Positions 20,439 through 27,748 of a stretch of 32,000 nucleotides of DNA are shown in pieces. Location: positions 4,620,001-4,652,000 of the forward strand of contig NZ_RSDW01000001.1 of assembly GCF_003945235.1 (NCBI RefSeq). The letters are read 5' to 3'. The notes below the pieces were generated by a model. That model was not told the origin of the DNA and searched no databases. It saw nothing but the letters and a program-made list of their open reading frames with translations. How positions within the stretch are numbered: position 1 is the stretch's first letter; every line of letters starts with the position of its first letter. A program made the position numbers and the translations under genes. Source of the stretch: Edaphobacter aggregans (GTDB lineage: Bacteria; Acidobacteriota; Terriglobia; Terriglobales; Acidobacteriaceae).

Positions 20439-21317
20439 ATGGAATGGGTTGCAGAGGCAGGTGTAGAGATCGTCCGGGTGGCTGGGTGGGAGCGAAATGA
20501 GTGGCTACGGCATGGGTTTAGTACGCGGTCGGGGGGCGTATCTACGGTGTATTCAGCGGGTTCTGGCGAATTTAATTTGGGGTGGACGAAAGAGGACGAT
20601 CCGGCTTGTGTCAGGGAGAATCGTGGGCGTTTTCTGCGGTTAGCTAGCGGTGAAATGTCTGGCAATCGTGGTATGCGGATGGTAAATGTGCGGCAGGTTC
20701 ACGGGAACCTGGTGCGAGTGATTCGGGGTGAGGATGGGGTGTTTGAGGGGAAGCTCGAGACTGCCGAAGGTAAGGCTGTGCTTGAGGGGGATGGATTGGT
20801 CACAAATCTTCCTGGTGTGATGCTGGGAGTGGGAACGGCGGATTGTGTTCCGGTGTTGGTGGTGGATGTGGAGAAGAGGGCCGTGGGGGCTTTTCATGCC
20901 GGATGGAGGGGGACGGCGGCTGGGATCGTGGGAGAGGGAATTGAAGCGATGCGGCGAGAGTATGGGGCGCGTCCGGAGGATTTGAGGGCGGCGGTAGGGC
21001 CGAGCATTGGGGCTTGTTGTTATGCGGTGGGGGAAGAGGTTCGGTCGCAGTTCAGGTCGCGGTTTGGATATGCGGACGAGTTGTTTCGGGAGGGGGCCGA
21101 CGGAGGTGAAGTGTCGAAGCTGTACGTCGATCTTTGGGAGTCGAATCGGCGGCAGTTGGTGGATGCGGGAATGAAGGCGGAGCGGATTGAGGTGGTGGGG
21201 GAATGTACGGCGTGTACGCGAGAGGCAGATGGGAGGAGACGGTACTTCTCGCATCGGGCTGAGGCAGGTCGGGCGGGGCGGATGCTGAATGTGATTGGGG
21301 TGGCAGATCGGGAGTGA
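20439..21317 (+). CDS. pgeF: Peptidoglycan editing factor PgeF (YfiH/DUF152, laccase-domain protein)
   Basis: 292 aa with HGFSTRSGGVS, VRQVHG, DGLVT, GTADCVPVL, FHAGWRGT, GPSIGACCY and CTAC...FSHR. Confidence 0.88.
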   Translation: MEWVAEAGVEIVRVAGWERNEWLRHGFSTRSGGVSTVYSAGSGEFNLGWTKEDDPACVRENRGRFLRLASGEMSGNRGMRMVNVRQVHGNLVRVIRGEDGVFEGKLETAEGKAVLEGDGLVTNLPGVMLGVGTADCVPVLVVDVEKRAVGAFHAGWRGTAAGIVGEGIEAMRREYGARPEDLRAAVGPSIGACCYAVGEEVRSQFRSRFGYADELFREGADGGEVSKLYVDLWESNRRQLVDAGMKAERIEVVGECTACTREADGRRRYFSHRAEAGRAGRMLNVIGVADRE

Positions 21318-21454
21318 GAGATCTAAAAGCTGGTTGTCATGGTCTAAATTGTTTCTAACAAAGGCCAGCCGCTTCTAGTAACGCCAGTTTACCGATCAAA
21401 TTGCCTTAGATCAATCATATTCGCCACTTGTTCCCCCGTTCTAAACCTTTCCGA

Positions 21455-21485
21455 TTGACTTAAACTTCTCCGGTTAGTCTATAAT
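21455..21485 (+). promoter_or_regulatory. Near-consensus sigma70 promoter driving the wHTH ORF (and possibly the tRNA)
   Basis: TTGACT (21455-21460), a 19-nt spacer (slightly long), then a perfect TATAAT (21480-21485). The SD AGGAG lies 9 nt before the ATG at 21506. Confidence 0.5.
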
Positions 21486-21505
21486 GAACTCAGGAGTTAT
21501 ACGTT

Positions 21506-21919
21506 ATGGATACAGCTAATCTGGAACAGGTGAGAACCGTTTCTAACTTGGCTAACAAAATCATCGCAAAACAGACCGAACTGGAGGCTTTGCTTGCGAG
21601 GTGGAGAGAACTATTTCCGGATACTTCTCCTTTAGAACAAGCCGCGGCCGAATCGCTACCAGAACAGCCGTCGGGTTCCCTTGATGAGCTGATAGTTACT
21701 CATTTAGAGCGGAATCCAGATCGAGAGTTCAACGTAGCTGCTCTCATGCAAGAGTTAAAGGTTCCTTCGGTTAGTTTCGGGACCCAGTTGAGCAAGCTTA
21801 CCCTTCAAGGCAGGATTATTCGCACAGGGAGAGGACTATATAAAGCTAAATCGGACGCGATTCGTTTCAAAAGCATTTTCGGAAACCAAGAAGAAGAGCC
21901 AACCGAAGTTGGCTCTTGA
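21506..21919 (+). CDS. Hypothetical small protein, coiled-coil N-half and putative winged-helix C-half, low GC
   Basis: 137-aa ORF with a good promoter and SD. One 60-nt row of the gene counted by hand is 45% G+C, against 60% in a flanking pgeF row. It has three TTA Leu codons (e.g. 21632-21634). The C-terminal LSKLTLQGRIIRTGRGLYKA resembles wHTH wings of the AbiEi-antitoxin N-domain type (weak, from memory). Confidence 0.6.
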   Translation: MDTANLEQVRTVSNLANKIIAKQTELEALLARWRELFPDTSPLEQAAAESLPEQPSGSLDELIVTHLERNPDREFNVAALMQELKVPSVSFGTQLSKLTLQGRIIRTGRGLYKAKSDAIRFKSIFGNQEEEPTEVGS

Positions 21920-21924
21920 TTTAT

Positions 21925-22008
21925 GGCGGCGTGGTGGAATTGGCATACACACCAGTCTTTAAAACTGGCACCTGTCCGGGTTTGTGGGTTCGAACCCCAC
22001 CGCCGCCA
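21925..22008 (+). tRNA. Class II (Leu-type) tRNA with 5'-UUA-3' in the anticodon position (ochre-suppressor configuration; one base away from tRNA-Leu(UAA))
   Basis: Hand-folded cloverleaf. Acceptor GGCGGCG / CGCCGCC plus A73. D arm GTGG-AATTGGCATA-CACA. Anticodon stem CCAGT (21952-21956) / ACTGG (21964-21968). Loop CTTTAAA (21957-21963), anticodon TTA at 21959-21961. 15-nt variable arm (ACCT/GGGT stem). T arm GTGGG-TTCGAAC-CCCAC. No encoded CCA. It starts 5 nt after the stop of the upstream ORF. Confidence 0.85.
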
Positions 22009-22020
22009 CTAACTTTAGTT

Positions 22021-22206
22021 CTACGACGTTCGGTAGACCTGACCTGGGGGTGTTCCCGCACCTTCCAGGGGGATACCAAACAAACGAGAGAAGCATGGTT
22101 AGAATGCTCACTCGCCTTTGCTGCACCGACCGGAGCGGTAACTCCGGCCTTACCGTTATGACTGGAGGTGCCGTGGGTATCCCCTGCGGTACCCCGTCAT
22201 AGACGG
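22021..22206 (+). other. Hairpin-dense GC-rich non-coding segment (candidate structured RNA, unknown class)
   Basis: Six consecutive stem-loops: CTACGA/TCG(G)TAG at 22021-22036; CCTGG-G-GGTG...CACC-tt-CCAGG at about 22043-22069; AGCAT/ATGCT at about 22092-22108; CCGGAG/CTCCGG at about 22129-22146; an 11-bp GGTGCCGTGGG/CCTGCGGTACC at about 22167-22192; and CCCGTC/GACGGG at about 22192-22206. No ORF of 60 aa or more with sensible composition. Confidence 0.25.
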
Positions 22207-22328
22207 GACCTAAACAGCATTTTAAACCTTGACATACACGTTGTCCACCATTGTCTTCAGTAAATAGTTAGTACCTTAGTGGTGTCCTCTGCTCATGGAA
22301 AAGAAATAAGGAGAAAATTCTGAATCTC

Positions 22329-22344
22329 TAGACCGACTGGTCTA
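22329..22344 (+). promoter_or_regulatory. Perfect palindrome TAGACC-GACT-GGTCTA, candidate TetR operator upstream of the SDR gene
   Basis: 16-bp inverted repeat 56 nt upstream of the SDR ATG (22400). A TetR-family gene lies downstream in the same orientation. Confidence 0.45.
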
Positions 22345-22399
22345 CTCTATTGAGGTGCGAGGCAAGAAGACCCTCGAAGATTCAGGAGGTATCACCCCG

Positions 22400-23194
22400 A
22401 TGTCAGCACTCAAAGGTACAGCTCTTATCACTGGCGCTTCCACCGGTATCGGTGCGGTCTACGCCGATCGCCTTGCTAAACGTGGTTACAATCTCATCCT
22501 CGTTGCGCGCAACGAGGAGAGACTCTCTGAAGCTGCCGCGCGATTGAAGTCTACCGGCCGGAAGATCGAGACCATTCAGGCCGACTTGACCAGGAAGGAA
22601 GATGTTGAGCGTGTGGCCGAGCGGCTGAGTACTGATCCGACGATTACTGCGCTCGTAAACAATGCGGGCCTCGGCAGTGCGGGAAAGCTTCTCGATTCGA
22701 AGATAGATGATCTCGAGTCCATGATCTATCTGAACGTCACTGCGTTGACGCGGCTTGCGCTTGCCGCTCTGCCTGGTTTTGTGACGCGTAAGAACGGCCT
22801 CCTCATCAACATTGCTTCGGTCGTTGCGCTTGCGCCCGATCTTCTGAACGGCACTTATAGCGGCACCAAGGCTTACGTGGTGAACTTTACACAAGCGCTT
22901 AAGAACGAAGTGGAAGACAAAGGCGTGACGGTGCAGGTTGTGTTGCCCGGGGCGACAGCAACACCCTTCTGGGATAAGGCCGGCCGCGCGGTGGAGGATC
23001 TGCCCAGCGAAATAGTGATGACCGCTGAGGATATGGTGGACGCTTCACTTGCGGGTCTCGACCAGCATGAGTTGATTACCATTCCATCCCTGCCTGACGT
23101 TGCAGATTGGGACAGGCTTGACGCGGCGCGCAGGGTTCTGGGACCTAATCTTTCGCGTCAGAAACCTGCGGCGCGTTATGGGATTCAGCGCTGA
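22400..23194 (+). CDS. Short-chain dehydrogenase/reductase (classical SDR)
   Basis: MSALKGTALITGASTGIG (TGxxxGxG), NNAG, and YSGTKAY (catalytic YxxxK). AGGAGG lies 9 nt upstream of ATG 22400. The ORF-track GTG at 22355 is probably an upstream over-extension. Confidence 0.9.
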   Translation: MSALKGTALITGASTGIGAVYADRLAKRGYNLILVARNEERLSEAAARLKSTGRKIETIQADLTRKEDVERVAERLSTDPTITALVNNAGLGSAGKLLDSKIDDLESMIYLNVTALTRLALAALPGFVTRKNGLLINIASVVALAPDLLNGTYSGTKAYVVNFTQALKNEVEDKGVTVQVVLPGATATPFWDKAGRAVEDLPSEIVMTAEDMVDASLAGLDQHELITIPSLPDVADWDRLDAARRVLGPNLSRQKPAARYGIQR

Positions 23195-23292
23195 TCTCAT
23201 TCCGGATGCCTTCTGCCGTTCTGGCTCTCGCAGCTGCCGCGTGGGCCAGAACGGTCCTCCAAACCAGTCAGTAAAGAGTAGCGAGGAATGTT

Positions 23293-23895
23293 ATGGCTGA
23301 GAAGTCGACGCGTGAGCATTTGATCGACGTGGGCCTTGGGCTGATGCACCAAAACGGTTACAACGCCACCGGACTGACCGACATTTTGAAGGCAGCTGAT
23401 GTGCCGAAGGGTTCTTTCTATCACCACTTCGGTAGCAAAGAGGACTTTGCCGCCGCTGTGTTGGAAAGGTATGGGATGCGCGAGAGGGAGCATACGACGG
23501 CGATCCTGAACGATACGACGATCCCTCCGTTGAAGCGCCTGCGGCTTTATTTCAGTGATCTCCTGAAGATCTATGGCCAGAAGGGACCGATTCCCGGATG
23601 CATGATGGGCCGCTTCAGCCTGGAGATCGCAGCGGAGAGTTCGCAATTGAGGAAGGGGATCAGCGCTTCGTTCGAGCACTGGCAGCACATGATCGCGACG
23701 GTCATCGAGCAGGCAGTTGCGCAAAAGGAACTCCCTGCGGATACAGATCTCGAGTCGCTGGCGGGCTTCCTGCTCAACAGCTGGGAGGGGGCGCTATTGC
23801 GTTCGCAGGCTGAAAAAAGCAACGCTCCGCTCGAAACCTTTATGGACTATGTCTTTGAACGGCTACTAACGAAGGAATCGAAGGGTAAACCCTAA
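23293..23895 (+). CDS. TetR/AcrR-family transcriptional regulator
   Basis: 200 aa with an N-terminal HTH: REHLIDVGLGLMHQNGYNATGLTDILKAADVPKGSFYHHFGSKEDF. Confidence 0.9.
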   Translation: MAEKSTREHLIDVGLGLMHQNGYNATGLTDILKAADVPKGSFYHHFGSKEDFAAAVLERYGMREREHTTAILNDTTIPPLKRLRLYFSDLLKIYGQKGPIPGCMMGRFSLEIAAESSQLRKGISASFEHWQHMIATVIEQAVAQKELPADTDLESLAGFLLNSWEGALLRSQAEKSNAPLETFMDYVFERLLTKESKGKP

Positions 23896-24000
23896 CTATC
23901 AACGCGTCGCCGACAGAGTTTGGCGGCGTATTTTTCATCACAGACGGCCGCCATATTTACGGCCGTCCAACAGACTGTGTTCCATGCAAAGGAGAGATGT

Positions 24001-24468
24001 GTGTCTACGATCAATCTTCATCAGACAAGTACCTTAACGCCTGAGCAGTATGTTGCGGGGCTCACCGACTTCGGGCCTGGCCGCTCGAAGCTTTTTGGCA
24101 ATAGTGCAGACGAGTACCTCAAGGTGCATCACCAGGGCCGTGTGGAGGCCGACGTTACGGAAGGGTCGGGCGGTATATGGGAGCGACTGCACTACGACTG
24201 GTCCGATCCGAACCATGTCGTCCTCACAACGACCGACTCCAATGTTTGGGGAGTCGCGTCGGGTTACACCTACGATTTCACGCGTCGTCCTGGCGGCACC
24301 ACCGACATTGATGTGGCCATCGTTCGAGATGGCAAGAATCTCAAGGGACGACTGCTCGGCTTCGTCCTCGGGACGATCGGCAAGGGCGTTTTGGAAAGGG
24401 CGTTTGAAAACAGCGTGAAGGCTATCGAAGCTCGGAATAGCGTGGCGAAAGAGAAACGTGCTGCATGA
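24001..24468 (+). CDS. SRPBCC-like (polyketide cyclase/START-fold) small protein
   Basis: GTG at 24001 with AAGGAGA 5 nt upstream. The ORF-track start at 23920 lacks an SD and crosses a hairpin. About 155 aa. Family assignment is from memory of similar actinobacterial 'SRPBCC family protein' sequences (GLTDFGPGRSKLF...WERLHYDW...). Confidence 0.5.
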   Translation: MSTINLHQTSTLTPEQYVAGLTDFGPGRSKLFGNSADEYLKVHHQGRVEADVTEGSGGIWERLHYDWSDPNHVVLTTTDSNVWGVASGYTYDFTRRPGGTTDIDVAIVRDGKNLKGRLLGFVLGTIGKGVLERAFENSVKAIEARNSVAKEKRAA

Positions 24469-24487
24469 GGGGCGGTACAGCGCGGTG

Positions 24488-25279
24488 CTAGTGAGCAGAG
24501 ATCTGTTTGAGGAACGCGATCAGGTTGCGACGCTCATCTGGTTTGGTGACGTGAAATTCCATGTTGTTGCCGGGGACCAGGGCGTCGGGGTCGGCTAGCC
24601 AGCGGTCGAGAGTCTCTTCGGTCCAGGTGATGTGGGCCTTTTTGAGAGCATCGGAGTAGCCGAAGTTGGGAGCGGTGCCGGAGACGCGTCCATAGATTCG
24701 GGAGAGCTGGGGGCCTTCGAGATTTCTATCGAATGAGTGGCAGCCGATACAGCGTCTCTGATAGAGGGCCCTCCCTAGATCTGCATTTGCAGGCGACCCT
24801 GTGGAGGAATTGGTGGATTCGCCACCGGCGCTGCGTGCCCAGGTTGTGAGAGTTTGTTGATCGGCATCGGTGATGCGGGCGTTCCAATGAATGAGCCGGT
24901 ACTGGAGCGGCGACATGGCGCCTGAGTGGGTTTGCTGAACGATCTTTGCGATTAGCGTTTGTTGCTGGTCGGGAGTGAGGCTGTCCCAGGATGATAGGTT
25001 CATGTGCTTGCGGCCTTCAACGATGTCGCGTTCCATAAGCCACGATGCCGGCGCAAAGTTGGAGTACCAGGGAGAATGAGTGTTTTCGGAGTGGCAGTCG
25101 GCGCATTTTTGGATGAGGAGTGTACGCGCGTTGTTTGGTACGGATGCGTGCTCCATGAGGGGAGGCCCATCTGCGGGTGCGGCATGCAGATGCGCGTCTC
25201 CAAAGGGATGGGCGTGAGCCAGCGCAAGAGAGAATGCGAAGGCTGTTGCGGCGACGAGAGAGAAGAGTGTTGGTTTCAT
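24488..25279 (-). CDS. Periplasmic di-haem c-type cytochrome (N-terminal haem-binding domain + C-terminal class I cytochrome c)
   Basis: Signal peptide (MKPTLFSLVAATAFAFSLALAHA) and two CxxCH motifs (CADCH, CIGCH). The C-terminal part resembles mitochondrial/c2-type cytochrome c (GPQLSRIYGR...GYSDALKK...TWTEETLDRWLADP...PGNNMEF). The start overlaps the upstream gene's stop (ATGA). Confidence 0.85.
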   Translation of the reverse strand: MKPTLFSLVAATAFAFSLALAHAHPFGDAHLHAAPADGPPLMEHASVPNNARTLLIQKCADCHSENTHSPWYSNFAPASWLMERDIVEGRKHMNLSSWDSLTPDQQQTLIAKIVQQTHSGAMSPLQYRLIHWNARITDADQQTLTTWARSAGGESTNSSTGSPANADLGRALYQRRCIGCHSFDRNLEGPQLSRIYGRVSGTAPNFGYSDALKKAHITWTEETLDRWLADPDALVPGNNMEFHVTKPDERRNLIAFLKQISAH

Positions 25280-26310
25280 ACGAAGTCTGCCAGAGATGAG
25301 TCGACGATGGCGAGGTGGCTCGCCCGCGAGACGAATTTGACTTTGGTGACGCCGAGGACTTTTTGCAGGTTAGCTGCGGGAACGACCATGGGGCCTGGGT
25401 TGGGAGCCTTGCCCGGAGCAGGCTGCGGGAAGGCGGTGGAGGTTGCGGTGTGAAAGGCGATGTTTCCTTCGACCTTTTGCACGATCTGGTGGATGTGTCC
25501 GTTGAGGACGGTGACGGAGCCGAAACGCTTGAGGTAGGAGAGGGCTTCGGCGCCGTCCTGTGTGCCCCATCCCCAGTCGGGGTAGACCATCCAGAGAGGG
25601 ATGTGGGCGAAGATAACGATGGGCGTGGATGCTGAGAGCGATGCAAGGTCTTGCTTGAGCCAGCTAAGCTGCTCTGCGCCTAGTTTGCCCATGGCGTCGA
25701 TCTGAAGGACGTTGTTGAGGCCGATGAAGTGGACTCCCTTGTGATTGAAGCTGTACCAGCCGTTGCCAACGGTTCCCTTGCCGAAGCGTTCGCGGTAGAG
25801 GGCGCCGTCGTCGAGGGCTGTGTCGTGTTCTCCGGGGACGTAGAAGGTTTGGCCGACCTTGGCTTCTTTGATGATTTGTTGCGCGGTGTCGAATTCGGCG
25901 GCCTTTGATGATTGCGTAATGTCGCCGGTGTGGAGCATGAAGTCTGGTGAGGATGTGTGGATGGCGTTGATCTTGTTGATGGCGAGTCTCAGGGTTCCTG
26001 CAACGTCCTGATTGGCTGCTTTGTTGAAGCCGATGTGGCTGTCGCTAATTTGGACGAAGCTAAATGAACTGGAGCTCGGCTGGGGTGCGGCGGTCTCTTT
26101 GCCGGTGGCGGCGAAGAGGCGGGAGGTGGGTACTCCACCAGCTAGCGTCCAGAGAAGGCCGGTGCCGGCCCAGGCCATGCAGCTTAGGAAGTTACGGCGG
26201 TCGATGCCATCCTCGGCGGGGGTGATGGGCTCGGTGGTTGCCGCCTCTCGGGTTGCGGCAGTGGTATCGGAAAGATGGAGTTCGGGTGCGGTGTCGTGTT
26301 TGTGGTTCAT
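25276..26310 (-). CDS. Tat-exported metallophosphoesterase (calcineurin-like)
   Basis: Twin-arginine signal DRRNFLSCMAWAGTGLLW. Metallophosphoesterase motifs ISDSHIG, HTGDIT, GEHD, GLNN, FAHIP and GHIH. Confidence 0.88.
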   Translation of the reverse strand: MNHKHDTAPELHLSDTTAATREAATTEPITPAEDGIDRRNFLSCMAWAGTGLLWTLAGGVPTSRLFAATGKETAAPQPSSSSFSFVQISDSHIGFNKAANQDVAGTLRLAINKINAIHTSSPDFMLHTGDITQSSKAAEFDTAQQIIKEAKVGQTFYVPGEHDTALDDGALYRERFGKGTVGNGWYSFNHKGVHFIGLNNVLQIDAMGKLGAEQLSWLKQDLASLSASTPIVIFAHIPLWMVYPDWGWGTQDGAEALSYLKRFGSVTVLNGHIHQIVQKVEGNIAFHTATSTAFPQPAPGKAPNPGPMVVPAANLQKVLGVTKVKFVSRASHLAIVDSSLADFV

Positions 26311-26415
26311 GTGAAATCCCTCTGCTCACGTAAACTGCAGAGCGACGGTTTTATTCACGGGCCTTGGGAATAATTTTGTACTCGTCCAGTTTTCTTCTAT
26401 GTAGGAGCGATTCCT

Positions 26416-26970
26416 GTGCCGTGGAAGAGTCTGACTCGCGAAAGCGATCGACAAAGCGATGCGTTTGAAGAGTTGGCGCTGCCGCTCTTTCCCTCGTTGT
26501 ATAACGTCGCGGTCTGGCTTACCCGCAGCCAGCCGGACGCGGAGGATTTGGTGCAGGAGACGTTCTTCAAGGCGTTGCGCGGTTTTGCGGGCTTCGAGCA
26601 AGGAACGAACTTCAAGGCATGGATCTTCCGCATCCTGAGGAATACGTATCTGACATCGAAGACAGGTCTTGCGGCGATGCGTACGGTTTATCTCGATGAG
26701 CAGGACAGCGGGCTTGAAGCGACAGTGGATTGGGATACGCCCGAGAGCAGGATGGTTGCGCTGAGCGATCAGGCTGAGGTGCGGTCGGCGATGGAGACGC
26801 TGCCGCCGGCTTTGTTGGAGGTGCTTCTGCTCTGCGATGTGGAAGAGATGAAATACAAGGATATTGCCGTGGTGCTGGAGATTCCGATCGGTACGGTCAT
26901 GTCGCGTGTTGCGCGCGCGCGTGGCGCTTTGCGTCGTGTATTGCTACAGGCCAAAGAGGGGCGCTTATGA
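26416..26970 (+). CDS. ECF (group IV) sigma-70 factor
   Basis: 184 aa with region 2 (LYNVAVWLTRSQPDAEDLVQETFFKALR...WIFRILRNTY) and region 4 (YKDIAVVLEIPIGTVMSRVARAR). AGGAG lies 8 nt upstream of the GTG. Confidence 0.92.
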   Translation: MPWKSLTRESDRQSDAFEELALPLFPSLYNVAVWLTRSQPDAEDLVQETFFKALRGFAGFEQGTNFKAWIFRILRNTYLTSKTGLAAMRTVYLDEQDSGLEATVDWDTPESRMVALSDQAEVRSAMETLPPALLEVLLLCDVEEMKYKDIAVVLEIPIGTVMSRVARARGALRRVLLQAKEGRL

Positions 26971-27731
26971 AGGAACACCTGGATGTAACGATGCTGAATG
27001 CTTTGGTGAGTGGAGAGTTATCTTCGGACGAGCGTGCGGCGGCGAGCGAACATCTTGCGGAGTGTGCATCGTGCACGGCTGGGGCGTTGTCGAGCGCAAT
27101 GCTTAAACTGGCGACGGCGAAGGCTGGCATGCGATATACGCCTTCGCCGCAGTTTTCGGAGCGGATTGCTCGTCAGAGCAGGGGATTGCATGTAGTGAGC
27201 AGGCCGCCGTCGCCACAAAGAGCGATGTTGGCTTGGGCTACTGCGGCTGTTGTTGCTATTGCGGCTCTTGTCTCGTTTGCGACGTTACATCGTGTTCAGA
27301 GGAACGAGGTCGCGACGCTGACACAGTCTGCACTTGCTACGGAAGTTGTGGACCGGCATATCGCGGCGCTCGCGACAGACAGTCCGTTCGAAGTTGTCTC
27401 ATCGGACAAGCACACGGTGAAACCATGGTTTCAGGGGAAGCTCCCGTTCAGTTTCAATCTTCCTGAGACGTTGCCTGAGGGGACGACGCTGGAAGGGGCG
27501 AATCTTACTTATCTGTATGGTCAGCCGACGGCGCAGCTTATCTATCGTGTTCGCAAGCACCGCGTGTCCATCTTCCTGATGGCGAAAAACGACGTGGCGG
27601 AGCCTCCTGCATCGGCAGCGGGTTTTCAGGTTCGGAGCTTCACGACCGATCATTTCAGGGCGTTGGCCGTCAGCGATGTGAACGCTAACGACCTGGACGC
27701 TCTGACGAAGGTCTTCAAGGAAGCGCAATGA
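26967..27731 (+). CDS. Anti-sigma factor (zf-HC2 N-domain, single TM, periplasmic sensor domain)
   Basis: ATGA overlap with the sigma gene. HLAECASC zinc-finger motif. TM AMLAWATAAVVAIAALVSFATL. About 140-aa extracytoplasmic domain. Confidence 0.85.
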   Translation: MKEHLDVTMLNALVSGELSSDERAAASEHLAECASCTAGALSSAMLKLATAKAGMRYTPSPQFSERIARQSRGLHVVSRPPSPQRAMLAWATAAVVAIAALVSFATLHRVQRNEVATLTQSALATEVVDRHIAALATDSPFEVVSSDKHTVKPWFQGKLPFSFNLPETLPEGTTLEGANLTYLYGQPTAQLIYRVRKHRVSIFLMAKNDVAEPPASAAGFQVRSFTTDHFRALAVSDVNANDLDALTKVFKEAQ

Positions 27732-27748
27732 ACGACCTGTGCGGTTGC

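Noticed and set aside
20640-21254. 204-aa minus-strand ORF inside pgeF
   Set aside because: Pro/His/Arg-rich nonsense-like sequence antisense to a well-supported PgeF frame.
22030-22070. CAGGTCAGGTC / CCTGGAAGG strings (minus strand) reminiscent of the SRP RNA domain IV consensus
   Set aside because: The order of the elements is reversed relative to 4.5S/SRP RNA. There is no GNRA tetraloop or AGCAGC motif, so this is not an SRP RNA.
21916-22202. ORF-track entries 21916-22161 and 21984-22202 on the plus strand
   Set aside because: They read straight through the tRNA gene and the hairpin block. The translations (…VELAYTPVFKTGTCPGLWVRTPPPP…) are simply the tRNA sequence in protein space.
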